Assembly (NCBI GenBank): GCA_963543925.1 | Contig: CAUUCP010000006.1 | Coordinates: forward strand, 1,776-65,775 | Origin: an uncultured Bacteroidia bacterium | Lineage (GTDB): Bacteria; Bacteroidota; Bacteroidia; Bacteroidales; CAJPTX01 | DNA length: 64,000 nucleotides | Reading direction: 5' to 3' | Shown here: positions 9,706 through 19,537 of the stretch, one piece after another | Numbering within the stretch: position 1 is the first letter of the stretch | How the letters are laid out: each line of letters begins with the position of its first letter | The notes under the pieces: model-generated | Told to the model about the DNA's origin: nothing | The model's database searches: none | What the model saw: only the letters and a program-made list of their open reading frames with translations | Position numbers and translations under genes: made by a program

Positions 9706-12387
9706 ATGCGGATGTCTACGAAGAGTGCCCAGAGGGGCTGGAAAAGTGGCGTGCTGGTGCTCTGCGCACTGGTGGCGGGGCTAGTGGCGGGCTGTAGTAC
9801 AAAGACAAACAACGCCTACTATCGTTTTTATCACGCATTTACCTCCTATTTCAATTACTACTTCAACGCTGAGGAAGCTTATAAGGCGGGCGTCAAGCAG
9901 GCGACCCAGGCCATGCAGTACGACTATACGCGTCCCCTCCCTTTCTGTATTGCGGGCTTGCCAGATGCAGCACTCAATACGGGGGGAGAGATGGATAGGG
10001 TGCAGACAAAATGTGCCACACTTATCAAGGCGCATTCCATTACTGTGAAGCCTGCTAGAGGAAAGGATGCCCTTACGCCGAAAGAAAAAGCCTTTTACGC
10101 GCAAAATGAGTTCAATGTCTACGCCCGTAGAGCTTGGCTCTTGATCGGGAAGTCGCGTCTCTGGGCGGGAGAGTTTGCACAAGCACGACAGGCGATAGAT
10201 TTTGCGATGAATCAGTTCGCTGGACAAGCCGAGGGTTGGGAAGCGCAACTGTGGAAGGCGCGTATCGAGATGCTCGAAGGCGAAAAACTCGACGCAAAGG
10301 AACGATTGGCGAGCCTGGCCGTCGCGCCCTACCGTCCGAAAGGGAAATTCTATACCTACCTCTTGGAGTCCATCTGGGCAGACCTTCTGGTCGAGGAACA
10401 GGACTATCCAGCGGCTATCCTGCACGGGAAACTGGCGCTGGACTGTGCCCCCTCCCGTATTGACCGTGCACGCTGCCGATTGGCATTGGCGCAACTTTAT
10501 GAGGAAAATAAGAATTACGCCGAAGCCTTCGAGCTCTACAAAAAGGTCGCAGGCAATGCCCCAAGTTACGAGATGAGCTTCAACGCGCTCGTACGCAGCG
10601 CCTCGCTCTCCGCACGAGTACAGGGAAAGGGGATGGAAAAGAGTCTGCGAAACTTAGCCAAGGACGAGAAAAACGCCGACTACCTCGACCAGATCTACTA
10701 CGCCCTCGGCGAGATCGCTTTTGCAAAAGGAGATACCTTGGCAGGGCTAGAGCTTTTCAAGGAGTCCGCACAGCGTAGCGTATCGAACGCAAAGCAAAAG
10801 GGAGCGTCCCACCTCAAGGTCGCTGAGTATTACTTTGCAAAGAGTGATTACTTCCACGCTGCCTCCTCATACGATAGCGCACTAGCTGCCCTACCAGAGA
10901 GCTATCCACGTTACGTCGAGGTGGCAAAACGCGCTGCCGTCTTGGGAAATTTAGCCCAAGCACAGGGCATCGTCTTGCGAGAGGATAGTCTACAGCGCGT
11001 GGCCCGCATGCCAGAGGCTGAGCGCAAGAAGTTCATACAAGACATCATTGCCAAGTTACGAGAAGAGGAACGGCTCGCCAAATTGGAGGAGGAGCGCGAA
11101 CAGATGGATCGCAACTTTGCCCTACAAAACGAGTATCGGCAGGGCTCATCCTCCCAGAACAATGCGAGTGGCTCGGGCAGCGGATGGTACTTTTACAATA
11201 CTTCCACTCTGGCTTTCGGACGTACAGACTTCCGAGGAAAGTGGGGAAATCGAAAGTTGGAAGACAACTGGCGTCGGAAAAATAAAATGGGGGGCGGTTT
11301 TGAAGCCAACGACCCCAACAAGCAGGATTCTATTAAAAATGGAGGAGATAAGTATTCCGAGGCTTTTTACCTAGCCGATCTCCCCATGAACGACTCCATG
11401 CGTGCCGCCTCGGACAATGCCATTCGCTTGGCGCTGGCTGACATGGCCGAGTCCTATCGCAACGACTTCAACGATCCGCAACGTGCCATCGAGACCTACG
11501 ACCAGATACTCCAACGCTACCCACGAGACGAAGGGGCTGCCGAGGCTTGTTTTATGGCATACATGACCGCAGATCGAGCCAACCTCGTCCCACAGCGTGC
11601 GCAGTATAGAGAGAGGCTATTGTCACAGTTCGCCGCTACCCCCTATGCGCGTATCCTCTCCGACCCACAGTATATGGAAAAAGTGCGGGCAGAAAAGGAA
11701 ACGAATGAACAGCTCGCAGACGCCATCCTTCAAGCTATGAAAAGCGGAGACAGAACCGCGGCATATCGACAAGCATCAACTGCCATGGCGGGATCTACGG
11801 CCGATGAGTATAAGGTTCGTTTTGCTCTCCTAGCTGCTTTGAATGCGGGGAATGAACCTGGGGATACGATCCAGGTCGCTGCTCTTCAGAACTTTGCTCA
11901 AAACTACCGAGAATATCCCGAGAGTCGCTATGCCGAGGAGGTACTCACCGCAATCGCCCGACGAGACATCTTGGGCGACGAAGTGCCTCCCCTCATCATC
12001 GGTAACCAAGAGGTCGTCGTACAAAAAACGGAAAAGAAGTACGAGGTATCCAAGGGCCAGCATTACCTCTTGTTGGTCTTTAACCCCAAGGAGAATTTCC
12101 GAGAACTAAAGTTCCAGACCATCAGTTTCGGGGTGGACTACGACGTGAACTTGAATCTAGAGGTCGAGGACTACCCCCTCAACGAGAGCGCTACGCTACT
12201 GGTGATCTCGTCGTTCGAAACCCATGACGAGGCACTTGCCTTCCAAGAGGCGATCGACGAAGCAGAGCCATTCGGAGATACGCATCCCTTCTTTATCATC
12301 ATCTCCCCAGAGAACCTAGAAATTTTGAAGGAGCAAAAGGCATTCCTCCCCTATGTCGATTTCTACAAGAAGAACTACAAGCAATAG
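9706..12387 (+). CDS. TPR-repeat lipoprotein, candidate T9SS PorW/SprE-like
   Basis: Lipobox LVAGCSTK followed by YRFYHAFTSYFNYYFN, with TPR-like helical repeats throughout. 893 aa, similar in size to SprE, and adjacent to porX. The family assignment rests on memory of the N-terminal pattern only. Confidence 0.5.
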   Translation: MRMSTKSAQRGWKSGVLVLCALVAGLVAGCSTKTNNAYYRFYHAFTSYFNYYFNAEEAYKAGVKQATQAMQYDYTRPLPFCIAGLPDAALNTGGEMDRVQTKCATLIKAHSITVKPARGKDALTPKEKAFYAQNEFNVYARRAWLLIGKSRLWAGEFAQARQAIDFAMNQFAGQAEGWEAQLWKARIEMLEGEKLDAKERLASLAVAPYRPKGKFYTYLLESIWADLLVEEQDYPAAILHGKLALDCAPSRIDRARCRLALAQLYEENKNYAEAFELYKKVAGNAPSYEMSFNALVRSASLSARVQGKGMEKSLRNLAKDEKNADYLDQIYYALGEIAFAKGDTLAGLELFKESAQRSVSNAKQKGASHLKVAEYYFAKSDYFHAASSYDSALAALPESYPRYVEVAKRAAVLGNLAQAQGIVLREDSLQRVARMPEAERKKFIQDIIAKLREEERLAKLEEEREQMDRNFALQNEYRQGSSSQNNASGSGSGWYFYNTSTLAFGRTDFRGKWGNRKLEDNWRRKNKMGGGFEANDPNKQDSIKNGGDKYSEAFYLADLPMNDSMRAASDNAIRLALADMAESYRNDFNDPQRAIETYDQILQRYPRDEGAAEACFMAYMTADRANLVPQRAQYRERLLSQFAATPYARILSDPQYMEKVRAEKETNEQLADAILQAMKSGDRTAAYRQASTAMAGSTADEYKVRFALLAALNAGNEPGDTIQVAALQNFAQNYREYPESRYAEEVLTAIARRDILGDEVPPLIIGNQEVVVQKTEKKYEVSKGQHYLLLVFNPKENFRELKFQTISFGVDYDVNLNLEVEDYPLNESATLLVISSFETHDEALAFQEAIDEAEPFGDTHPFFIIISPENLEILKEQKAFLPYVDFYKKNYKQ

Positions 12388-12637
12388 TAGCTCCCGAAGG
12401 GTGGGGGGCAGCGTACGACACTACGAACCTTCGGAAGGCTTGTAAAGAACATCGCCGATTAGGGGAAATGGATTCTAACATACCCCCCCCACACACAGTC
12501 GCCCTAGTCCCCCGTCTAGAGGTGTAAAGACGCTGGCGGATGCTCACCAAAGCGACGATGGGGAAGGAGTTCCTACAACAGAACACGGGAGGAAAACGTT
12601 ACCTTAGGGTAATAGATATACAGGAGAACGTAACACG

Positions 12638-14197
12638 ATGGGCTCTGCTAAAATCCTGTGGGTCGACGACGAGATAGAACTCCTCCGCCCACACATCCTT
12701 TTCCTAGAAAAAAAAGGCTATCAGCTTGCGACCGCCACGAATGCCGATGACGCACTCGATCGGGTCGAACGAGAACCATTCGATCTTATCTTCCTCGACG
12801 AGAATATGCCTGGACTTACGGGACTCGAGGCGCTTGCCCATTTCAAGCGATTGGCCCCCACCGTACCCATCGTCATGGTTACAAAGAGCGAGGAGGAAGA
12901 TATCATGGATCGCGCCGTGGGAGCGAAGATCGCTGACTACTTGATTAAGCCAGTAAATCCAAGCCAGATCCTTATCTCCATCAAAAAGCACGTTCACGAA
13001 CGAGAGCTGGTAACCGTGGGGACGACCTCGGCATACCAGAACAACTATCTCCAGATCGGAGACCTCATCAATTCTGCACAGACTTGGCAGGATTGGACAA
13101 AGATACACCTACAACTCTCCGAGTGGCGCGTGAGCCTACTCTCGGCAAACGCCCCCGAGATGTTGGAACTCCATGCGCAGCTACAGCAACAGGCGAACGT
13201 CGCTTTCGGAAAGTATATCCGTCGTAACTATACCAGCTGGTTCTCCGATTTGGGCAGTGGTCCCGTGACTTCCCCACGCGTGATCCGAGATCAAGTCTTA
13301 CCCTACGTAGATGCTGGAGAGAAGGTCGTCCTATTGGTCATCGATAACCTCCGTTTTGACCAATGGCGCATGCTCCGAGAGAGTATCTCGAAAACTTGGC
13401 GTGTCGAGCAGGAGCAGACCTACTACGCCATCCTACCCACCGTAACGCACTATGCGCGTAATTCCCTCTTTGCTGGATTGATGCCCTTGGAGATCTCACA
13501 ACTACACCCAGACTTGTGGATCGGAGAACAGGACGAGGAGGGCAAGAATATCTACGAGTACGAACTGCTGCGTAGAAACCTACAGAGGCTCGGAAAAAAG
13601 TGTTCTACACTCTACTATAAAGGGGCGACCCTCGACGGTACGCCATTGAAGGATGGAGATTTCCAACAACTATTGGAAACAGACCTCACCGTGGTGGTCT
13701 ATAACTTCATCGATATGCTCTCCCACGCACGCCACGACATGCAGATTATGAAGCAGTTGGCAAATGACGCACACGCCTATCTTTCCCTCACGCAGAGCTG
13801 GTTTAAGCACTCGGACTTGTTCGTCTTTCTTGAAAAGCTAAGCCGCTACCCCGTACGCTTGCTCATTACCACAGATCATGGCTCTATTCAGGTGAAGAAG
13901 GCGCTGAAAGTGATCGGAGATCGAGAAACGTCCAACAATATGCGCTACAAGCTCGGAAAAAGCCTATCTTATAACGATAGAGAGGTCTTCGCCTGTAAGA
14001 ACCCCGCTGAGGTACACCTCCCACAGTCCAGTATGAGCGCGCGTTATATCTTTGCCCTCGGAAACGACTTCCTCATTTATCCCAATAACTTCAATACCTA
14101 TGCTCGCATGTTCAAGGATTCCTTCCAACACGGGGGCGTTTCGCTCGAGGAGATGATCGTGCCATTTATCTCCCTCTCTCCACAGAAGAATAAGTAG
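12638..14197 (+). CDS. porX: T9SS response regulator PorX (receiver + PglZ/alkaline-phosphatase-like domain)
   Basis: CheY-like receiver (ILWVDDE...DLIFLDENMPGLTG...KP) followed by a roughly 380-aa PglZ-like domain (TTDHGS). Length is 519 aa. Confidence 0.8.
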   Translation: MGSAKILWVDDEIELLRPHILFLEKKGYQLATATNADDALDRVEREPFDLIFLDENMPGLTGLEALAHFKRLAPTVPIVMVTKSEEEDIMDRAVGAKIADYLIKPVNPSQILISIKKHVHERELVTVGTTSAYQNNYLQIGDLINSAQTWQDWTKIHLQLSEWRVSLLSANAPEMLELHAQLQQQANVAFGKYIRRNYTSWFSDLGSGPVTSPRVIRDQVLPYVDAGEKVVLLVIDNLRFDQWRMLRESISKTWRVEQEQTYYAILPTVTHYARNSLFAGLMPLEISQLHPDLWIGEQDEEGKNIYEYELLRRNLQRLGKKCSTLYYKGATLDGTPLKDGDFQQLLETDLTVVVYNFIDMLSHARHDMQIMKQLANDAHAYLSLTQSWFKHSDLFVFLEKLSRYPVRLLITTDHGSIQVKKALKVIGDRETSNNMRYKLGKSLSYNDREVFACKNPAEVHLPQSSMSARYIFALGNDFLIYPNNFNTYARMFKDSFQHGGVSLEEMIVPFISLSPQKNK

Positions 14198-14214
14198 GAA
14201 AGCAGCAACGTAGG

Positions 14215-14658
14215 ATGGAAGAATATCAGGTGATCGCGATACCTTCGGAGGAGAGTCAGGATCTACAAAAAGCCGTCGAGGAGTTTCTCCACACGGTGGG
14301 ACGCTTGCGCTGTGTCTGTTTTTGGGGAGGTCTCGGAGCTGGGAAGACCACCTTTATCCGTGCCCTATGTCAACATCTTGGGGTCACCGACGTCGTGACC
14401 AGCCCGACCTTCGCCCTGATCAACGAGTATTATTGCGATGACGGCGCGCCCGTCTATCACTTCGATTTCTATAGATTGAACTCCTTGCGCGAAGCCTTGG
14501 ATATCGGCGTGGAAGATTACCTCTTGTTCAACCGTGGTCTCTGTCTTATCGAGTGGCCTGCACTGGTCGAGTCGCTACTCCCCCCAGAGTCGCTCGACGT
14601 CGCGCTGAGGCTTGCTGATGGCGGAGGACGAGAGCTCATCATAGGGGCGCGGGAATAA
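14215..14658 (+). CDS. tsaE: tRNA t6A37 biosynthesis ATPase TsaE
   Basis: P-loop GGLGAGKTTFIRAL, SPTFALINEY, YHFDFYRL. Confidence 0.88.
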   Translation: MEEYQVIAIPSEESQDLQKAVEEFLHTVGRLRCVCFWGGLGAGKTTFIRALCQHLGVTDVVTSPTFALINEYYCDDGAPVYHFDFYRLNSLREALDIGVEDYLLFNRGLCLIEWPALVESLLPPESLDVALRLADGGGRELIIGARE

Positions 14659-14671
14659 TGTGCGATCATGG

Positions 14672-14679
14672 TATCTTTG
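14672..14679 (+). promoter_or_regulatory. -7 box TATCTTTG
   Basis: TAnnTTTG match 36 nt upstream of ATG 14716. Confidence 0.45.
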
Positions 14680-14715
14680 TGTGCATCACAACCTCTCTCT
14701 CTCTCGTAGTGTAAA

Positions 14716-15984
14716 ATGACCACAGCTCGGAAGATTCTTTATCATTTTTCGCGCCTCCTATTGGGGCTGGTGTTCGTGTTCTCCGGATTTGTCAAGAGTG
14801 TAGACCCACAAGGGTTTGCCTATAAACTGCAGGACTATTTTACTGCGTTCGGACTTGCGGGGCTACATCCGTTGGCCTATGGGCTGGCATTTTTCCTTGT
14901 TTCCCTCGAACTCTATGTCGGGCTCTTGTTGCTCTTCGCTGAGTGGAAAAAGGTCGCGGGGCTGCTGGTCACAGCCTTTATGGGCTTCTTTACGCCCCTG
15001 ACGCTCTATTTAGCCCTTGCCAATCCAGTCTCCGACTGTGGCTGTTTTGGAGATGCCATCAAACTGACCAATTGGGAGACGTTTGGGAAAAACCTCCCAT
15101 TACTCCTAGCGGCGATTTACTGCCTGTGGAGTGTTTTGCGGAAGAAAGACACGCCGCAGAAGGTCTCCTGTACGGGATGCCGTTTCGTCTCGCATGCCCT
15201 CTTCCCGATCCTCCTAGCGCTTTTTTCGCTCTTTCCCGCCTTTTGGGCAACCATCAGTCTACCGATGATCGACTTCCGACCCTACAAAATCGGGGCTAAT
15301 TTGCGCGAAGGGATGGCTATACCCGAAGATGCCCCAAAGGACGAGTTCCAGACCGAGTTCGTTTACGAGAAGGAGGGTGTGCAAAAAACGTTCAGCGAAT
15401 TTGACTATCCATGGGATGATACCACATGGCACTACGTCTCCAGTGAAAATAGATTGATACAGAAGGGATACGAACCACCGATTCATGACTTCGCCCTAGA
15501 GGATCCCCAGAATGTAGACCATGTCCCCGAGCTACTCGATAGGAAGGGGCTCTCCCTCCTGGTAGTAACCCCTTTTCTAGAAAGTTTGTCGCCAGAGGAC
15601 GTCGCCAAGTTGAATGCTTTGCAAGGAAAGACCGAGGCGGGGGAGATTCGTCTCTTTCATGGAACAGCCTCCTCGCCAGCCTTACAACAAGATTTCAACC
15701 AGCGCGGATTGACCACGACGCTCTATACCACCAACGAACGCACCTTGAAGACGATCGTGCGCGCTGCGACGGGGGTTGTGCTCATCGGAGATGGCGTCGT
15801 GCTCAACAAATGGTCACTACATAGTTTGCCAGCAGTAGAGTATTTTGCTACTCTGAAAAATCTACCTACGACACAACTCCGTGGGAGCGGAGCTATCTGG
15901 CTGGTCTATATACTTGGGGGCGTATTGTTGCTACTGGGGGGGCTACGCCTATACATCAAGCGCAAACAGTGTAAGGCGAACTAA
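14716..15984 (+). CDS. DoxX/MauE-like membrane protein with C-terminal extracytoplasmic domain
   Basis: Four N-terminal TM helices with the SDCGCFG motif typical of MauE/DoxX-like proteins, a soluble domain of about 230 aa, then a terminal TM helix. Confidence 0.6.
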   Translation: MTTARKILYHFSRLLLGLVFVFSGFVKSVDPQGFAYKLQDYFTAFGLAGLHPLAYGLAFFLVSLELYVGLLLLFAEWKKVAGLLVTAFMGFFTPLTLYLALANPVSDCGCFGDAIKLTNWETFGKNLPLLLAAIYCLWSVLRKKDTPQKVSCTGCRFVSHALFPILLALFSLFPAFWATISLPMIDFRPYKIGANLREGMAIPEDAPKDEFQTEFVYEKEGVQKTFSEFDYPWDDTTWHYVSSENRLIQKGYEPPIHDFALEDPQNVDHVPELLDRKGLSLLVVTPFLESLSPEDVAKLNALQGKTEAGEIRLFHGTASSPALQQDFNQRGLTTTLYTTNERTLKTIVRAATGVVLIGDGVVLNKWSLHSLPAVEYFATLKNLPTTQLRGSGAIWLVYILGGVLLLLGGLRLYIKRKQCKAN

Positions 15985-16001
15985 ACGGAAGAACGGAGAG
16001 A

Positions 16002-17258
16002 ATGCGCGTGGACATCGATGCTATCAAACGACGATTCAAGATTATCGGAAATAATCCCGATCTCCTACGGGCAGTTGAGGTTGCCTATCAGGTCGCTAAT
16101 ACCGATCTCGCTGTATTGGTGACTGGGGAAAGTGGATCGGGAAAAGAATTCTTCCCACAGATCATCCACCAGTTTGGGCTTCGTAAACATGGACGCTATG
16201 TAGCAGTAAACTGTGCTGCTATCCCTGAGGGGACTATCGATTCCGAACTCTTCGGACATATCAAGGGATCGTTTACAGGAGCCTTGGAGAATCGAGAGGG
16301 CTATTTCGAGGTCGCCGACAAGGGGACGATCTTCCTCGACGAGGTCGGAGAGCTACCCCTCACTACACAGGCTCGTCTCTTACGTATCTTGGAAACCGGA
16401 GAGTTCTATCGAGTTGGCTCCTCCACACCCATCCAGACGGATATCCGCATTGTGGCCGCCACCAACGTCAATCTGGAGATGGCTATCCGAGAAGGAAAGT
16501 TCCGAGAAGACTTGTTCTATCGCCTCTCTACTATCCCGATTCGTATCCCTCCATTGCGGGAACGCGGAGACGATGTCCTGTTACTCTTCCGTTGGTTTGC
16601 CGCCGAGTGTGCTGAAAAATATAACATGCCGCCAATCCAGTTAAAGGACGCCTATGCCGAGGAGGTTTTACTCACCTACCGATGGCCAGGGAATGTGCGT
16701 GAACTCAAAAATATGGCAGAGAGGATTTCGGTCATAGAGACCGAAAGAGAAATCTCGGCACAAATACTCGGACGCTACATACACACCGAGACGCAGCGTC
16801 ACTTACCAGCGATATATCGTGCCAATGATACCATGCCCGAGCAAGAAAAAAAGGTCATCTTGGGCTTGATACACGATCTCCGTACAGAGGTCGACGATCT
16901 CCGACAAGTGGTCGTTAAGCTGATGCAACAAAATGCGTGTGTACTGCCCACGCCTACGACGAATGGAAAAGAGCATAACCACACCCTGAGGACGCTTGCC
17001 GAGTTGAAGACCCACGAAGAGGCTGCACAGGAAACCATCGTCACGCCTCTCTTAGAGACAACAGAAAACGAAGAACCACACGAAGTGCCCCATGCGGTCA
17101 TAGAGGAGACCCCACGATCTATTGCTGATATGGAGGAGGAGATGATTCGCAGAGCCCTCAAGAAAAACAACGGTCTCCGTAAACAGGCGGCGCTCGAATT
17201 GGGGATCTCATTGCGAACTCTCTATCGAAAGCTCCAAGAATATCATATTGAAGATTGA
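16002..17258 (+). CDS. sigma-54-dependent transcriptional activator (AAA+ and Fis-type HTH, no N-terminal sensor/receiver)
   Basis: Walker A GESGSGKE, GSFTGA (GAFTGA loop), Walker B IFLDEVGEL, RWPGNVRELKN, C-terminal HTH LGISLRTLYRKL. The AAA+ domain starts within about 40 aa of Met1. Confidence 0.88.
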   Translation: MRVDIDAIKRRFKIIGNNPDLLRAVEVAYQVANTDLAVLVTGESGSGKEFFPQIIHQFGLRKHGRYVAVNCAAIPEGTIDSELFGHIKGSFTGALENREGYFEVADKGTIFLDEVGELPLTTQARLLRILETGEFYRVGSSTPIQTDIRIVAATNVNLEMAIREGKFREDLFYRLSTIPIRIPPLRERGDDVLLLFRWFAAECAEKYNMPPIQLKDAYAEEVLLTYRWPGNVRELKNMAERISVIETEREISAQILGRYIHTETQRHLPAIYRANDTMPEQEKKVILGLIHDLRTEVDDLRQVVVKLMQQNACVLPTPTTNGKEHNHTLRTLAELKTHEEAAQETIVTPLLETTENEEPHEVPHAVIEETPRSIADMEEEMIRRALKKNNGLRKQAALELGISLRTLYRKLQEYHIED

Positions 17259-17262
17259 GCCT

Positions 17263-17775
17263 ATGGGAAAAAAGATCGGGATATGCCTCCTTCTCCTCCT
17301 CCTCCCGCTGTGCTATTGGGGGTGTAGCATCAAGTACTCCTTTACAGGAGCGAGTATCTCGCCCGAAGTGCGCACTGTGACCATTGCTCAATTCCCAAAC
17401 CTCGCCCCGTTAGTAAACCCGACCCTATCCTCCGCCTTTACCGAGGCATTGAAGGAAAAGTTTGTCACGCAGACGAGTCTTGCATTGCAGAACTTTGGAG
17501 GGGACTTGGACTTTGCGGGGGAAATTACTGCCTACGACGTCGCCCCTGTTGCGATTCAGGGAAATGAAACGGCTGCATTGAATAGGCTCACGATAGCCAT
17601 TCACGTCAAGTTTGTAAATATACGTGACGAAAAAGCGAACTTTGACAGAACATTCTCTGCATACGAAGATTACTCTGCCAACAGACCCTTCTCTGATGTA
17701 GAAGGAGCCTTGGTCGCTACGATCCAAGAAAAATTGGTGGAGGATATCTTCAATGCGGCTGTGGCTAATTGGTAA
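17263..17775 (+). CDS. lptE: LptE-like lipoprotein
   Basis: Lipobox LCYWGC followed by SIKYSFTGASI, the Bacteroidota LptE-family signature. Conserved sigma-54 activator/lptE/secG neighbourhood. ATG 17263 lies after the upstream stop at 17256-17258. Confidence 0.62.
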   Translation: MGKKIGICLLLLLLPLCYWGCSIKYSFTGASISPEVRTVTIAQFPNLAPLVNPTLSSAFTEALKEKFVTQTSLALQNFGGDLDFAGEITAYDVAPVAIQGNETAALNRLTIAIHVKFVNIRDEKANFDRTFSAYEDYSANRPFSDVEGALVATIQEKLVEDIFNAAVANW

Positions 17776-17792
17776 AAGGAGCTGTGGGAGCG

Positions 17793-18776
17793 ATGGATGA
17801 CGTGCAGACTTTTTATTCCTTACTTCGTATTCCACAACGACCTTCGCAGGAAGCGGTGGAACTCCTCGCGGAACTGCAAGAAAAGTACCCTTATTTCCAA
17901 GGGGTACACCTACTCGTAGCCGCAAATGCCGAGGAGATCTATCCTGCGCAGCAGGAACAAAAAAGAGCCGAGGCGGTATTGTCCCTCCCAGATTCGTTCG
18001 CGCTGTTCCGTTACCTCGATGCGCTGCGCCTATACCAATTGCGACAACAGCACGAGGAGGCGGTGCAGCCGATAGACCCATTGTCGCAGGTGTCGGAGAT
18101 AGAAAGCGAATCCCAGATAGAGCCGCTGCAGCAAACGGACTCTTTAGCCAACCAAGGGGAGGAGACGCAGACGCATCTACCAACCCTTGCGCCACGTGTT
18201 TCGGTAACCGCCGCGGTGGCCTCCTTGGCGGGGCTCTCCCCAGAAATCAATCTTTCGGGGGTATTACCCAATTCCATAGAAGAAGTTGCCCCCTTCCCCA
18301 TTGCGCCAATCTATACGCTGGAGTACGACAAGGAGTACAATATCGAGGAACTCTATCATTTTACCGTCACGGTGCTCAACCCCTACTATACCCCTCCAGA
18401 GCCTGTCGCGGCCGACGAAAATGAGGAAGAACTACACCAGTGGCATCCCATCTCTGCCGAGCAGCAGATGGATCTTATCAATAATTTCCTCAAGAACCTC
18501 GACGGAGAAAACGGGATTAAAGCTACCGTACTGCGAAAGGCAGAGGCTGCCCAAAGAGAAGGGAAAAATATAGAGGATTTGGGGAGTGCATCGACCCACG
18601 TCACCAATACTTCGTCAATGGAACGCATTGCGCAGCTCTATGAAACAAGGGGCGAGCTTACCAAGGCGATCGAGGTGTATGAACAACTCGTGCATGATTT
18701 TCCAAAAAAAAGTGCTTACTTTGCCTCCGAAATAGAGCGGTTGCGTGCACTAGACGCGCCGCGTCTTAACAGTTGA
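17793..18776 (+). CDS. hypothetical protein (acidic, C-terminal TPR-like helices)
   Basis: Long ORF with coding-like composition. ATG 17793 is preferred to TTG 17769. No family recognised. Confidence 0.55.
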   Translation: MDDVQTFYSLLRIPQRPSQEAVELLAELQEKYPYFQGVHLLVAANAEEIYPAQQEQKRAEAVLSLPDSFALFRYLDALRLYQLRQQHEEAVQPIDPLSQVSEIESESQIEPLQQTDSLANQGEETQTHLPTLAPRVSVTAAVASLAGLSPEINLSGVLPNSIEEVAPFPIAPIYTLEYDKEYNIEELYHFTVTVLNPYYTPPEPVAADENEEELHQWHPISAEQQMDLINNFLKNLDGENGIKATVLRKAEAAQREGKNIEDLGSASTHVTNTSSMERIAQLYETRGELTKAIEVYEQLVHDFPKKSAYFASEIERLRALDAPRLNS

Positions 18777-18789
18777 CATTTAGAGAATC

Positions 18790-19176
18790 ATGTACAGTCT
18801 TTTTTCAATACTCATCCTGATAGTCTGCTTCTTACTTGTGCTCATCGTCTTGGTACAGAACTCCAAAGGCGGGGGATTGGCGTCTAATTTCTCTGGCGCT
18901 GGGCAGGTCATGGGGGTGCGTAAAACGGCAGATTTCTTGGAAAAATCAACTTGGACACTCGCGATAGCTCTGATCGTTTTTAGTGTTTTCGCGGTAGCGG
19001 CGATCCCTCATTCCAAGGAAGAGGTGCAGCAGTCCAGAATTCAAGAACAGGTACAACGTACTACGGCGGGTTCGATGCCTACCAATTTGCCCGCAGCACC
19101 GACCGAAGGGAGTGAAGCTGCAGCTACACAAGACGCTGCACAACCCACAGGAGAGGCTGCGCCCGCTGAAAAATAG
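18790..19176 (+). CDS. secG: preprotein translocase subunit SecG
   Basis: Two TM helices and LVQNSKGGGLAS motif, with an A/E/T-rich tail. Confidence 0.85.
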   Translation: MYSLFSILILIVCFLLVLIVLVQNSKGGGLASNFSGAGQVMGVRKTADFLEKSTWTLAIALIVFSVFAVAAIPHSKEEVQQSRIQEQVQRTTAGSMPTNLPAAPTEGSEAAATQDAAQPTGEAAPAEK

Positions 19177-19203
19177 CTGGATCTTATAGTTGATATCGTC
19201 AGA

Positions 19204-19239
19204 GGAGACTGCCCCACGCTGGGGAAGTCTCCTTTTTTT
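19204..19239 (+). terminator. rho-independent terminator after secG
   Basis: GGAGACTGCCCCA cgc TGGGGAAGTCTCC followed by T7. Confidence 0.8.
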
Positions 19240-19262
19240 GTGGGCTTCCTTTTTTCGTGGGC

Positions 19263-19310
19263 AGATTGTGTGGCTAGATTGTGTGGCTAAATTGTGTGGC
19301 TAAATTGCAC
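19263..19310. repeat. 13-bp tandem repeat (about 3.5 copies of AGATTGTGTGGCT)
   Basis: agattgtgtggct / agattgtgtggct / aaattgtgtggct / aaattgcac. Followed by CTATTCGCATGC x2 (19322-19346) and two AGATCCGTCG motifs. Confidence 0.85.
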
Positions 19311-19529
19311 GAGATCCGTCGCTATTCGCATGCCCTATTCGCATGCTATAGGATTGAAGAAATAAGACCAAGATCCGTCGTTAGGACTGCCTGCATTGCT
19401 CGTGCTCGTTTTTCTACACAACGGGGGAAAGGTACTCATCTTGTTGAAAGGATTCTATTTAGAGGCTTTCTCTTTTTCACAGTGCCCTCTGGAGAACCGC
19501 TCCCGTTTGTCTATTTGGTTTTATTTTTT

Positions 19530-19537
19530 GAACTTTG
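19530..19537 (+). promoter_or_regulatory. degenerate -7 box GAACTTTG upstream of gdh
   Basis: nnnnTTTG with TTTG motifs 13-24 nt upstream (19506, 19514). Imperfect match to TAnnTTTG. Confidence 0.3.

Noticed and set aside
17425-18195. 256-aa - strand ORF, and similar long antisense ORFs (924..1607, 9781..10494, 27078..27821, 33577..34287, 5624..6082)
   Set aside because: Each is fully embedded antisense in a + strand gene with strong family motifs or operon context. Their Arg/Ser/Pro-rich composition is typical of shadow frames.
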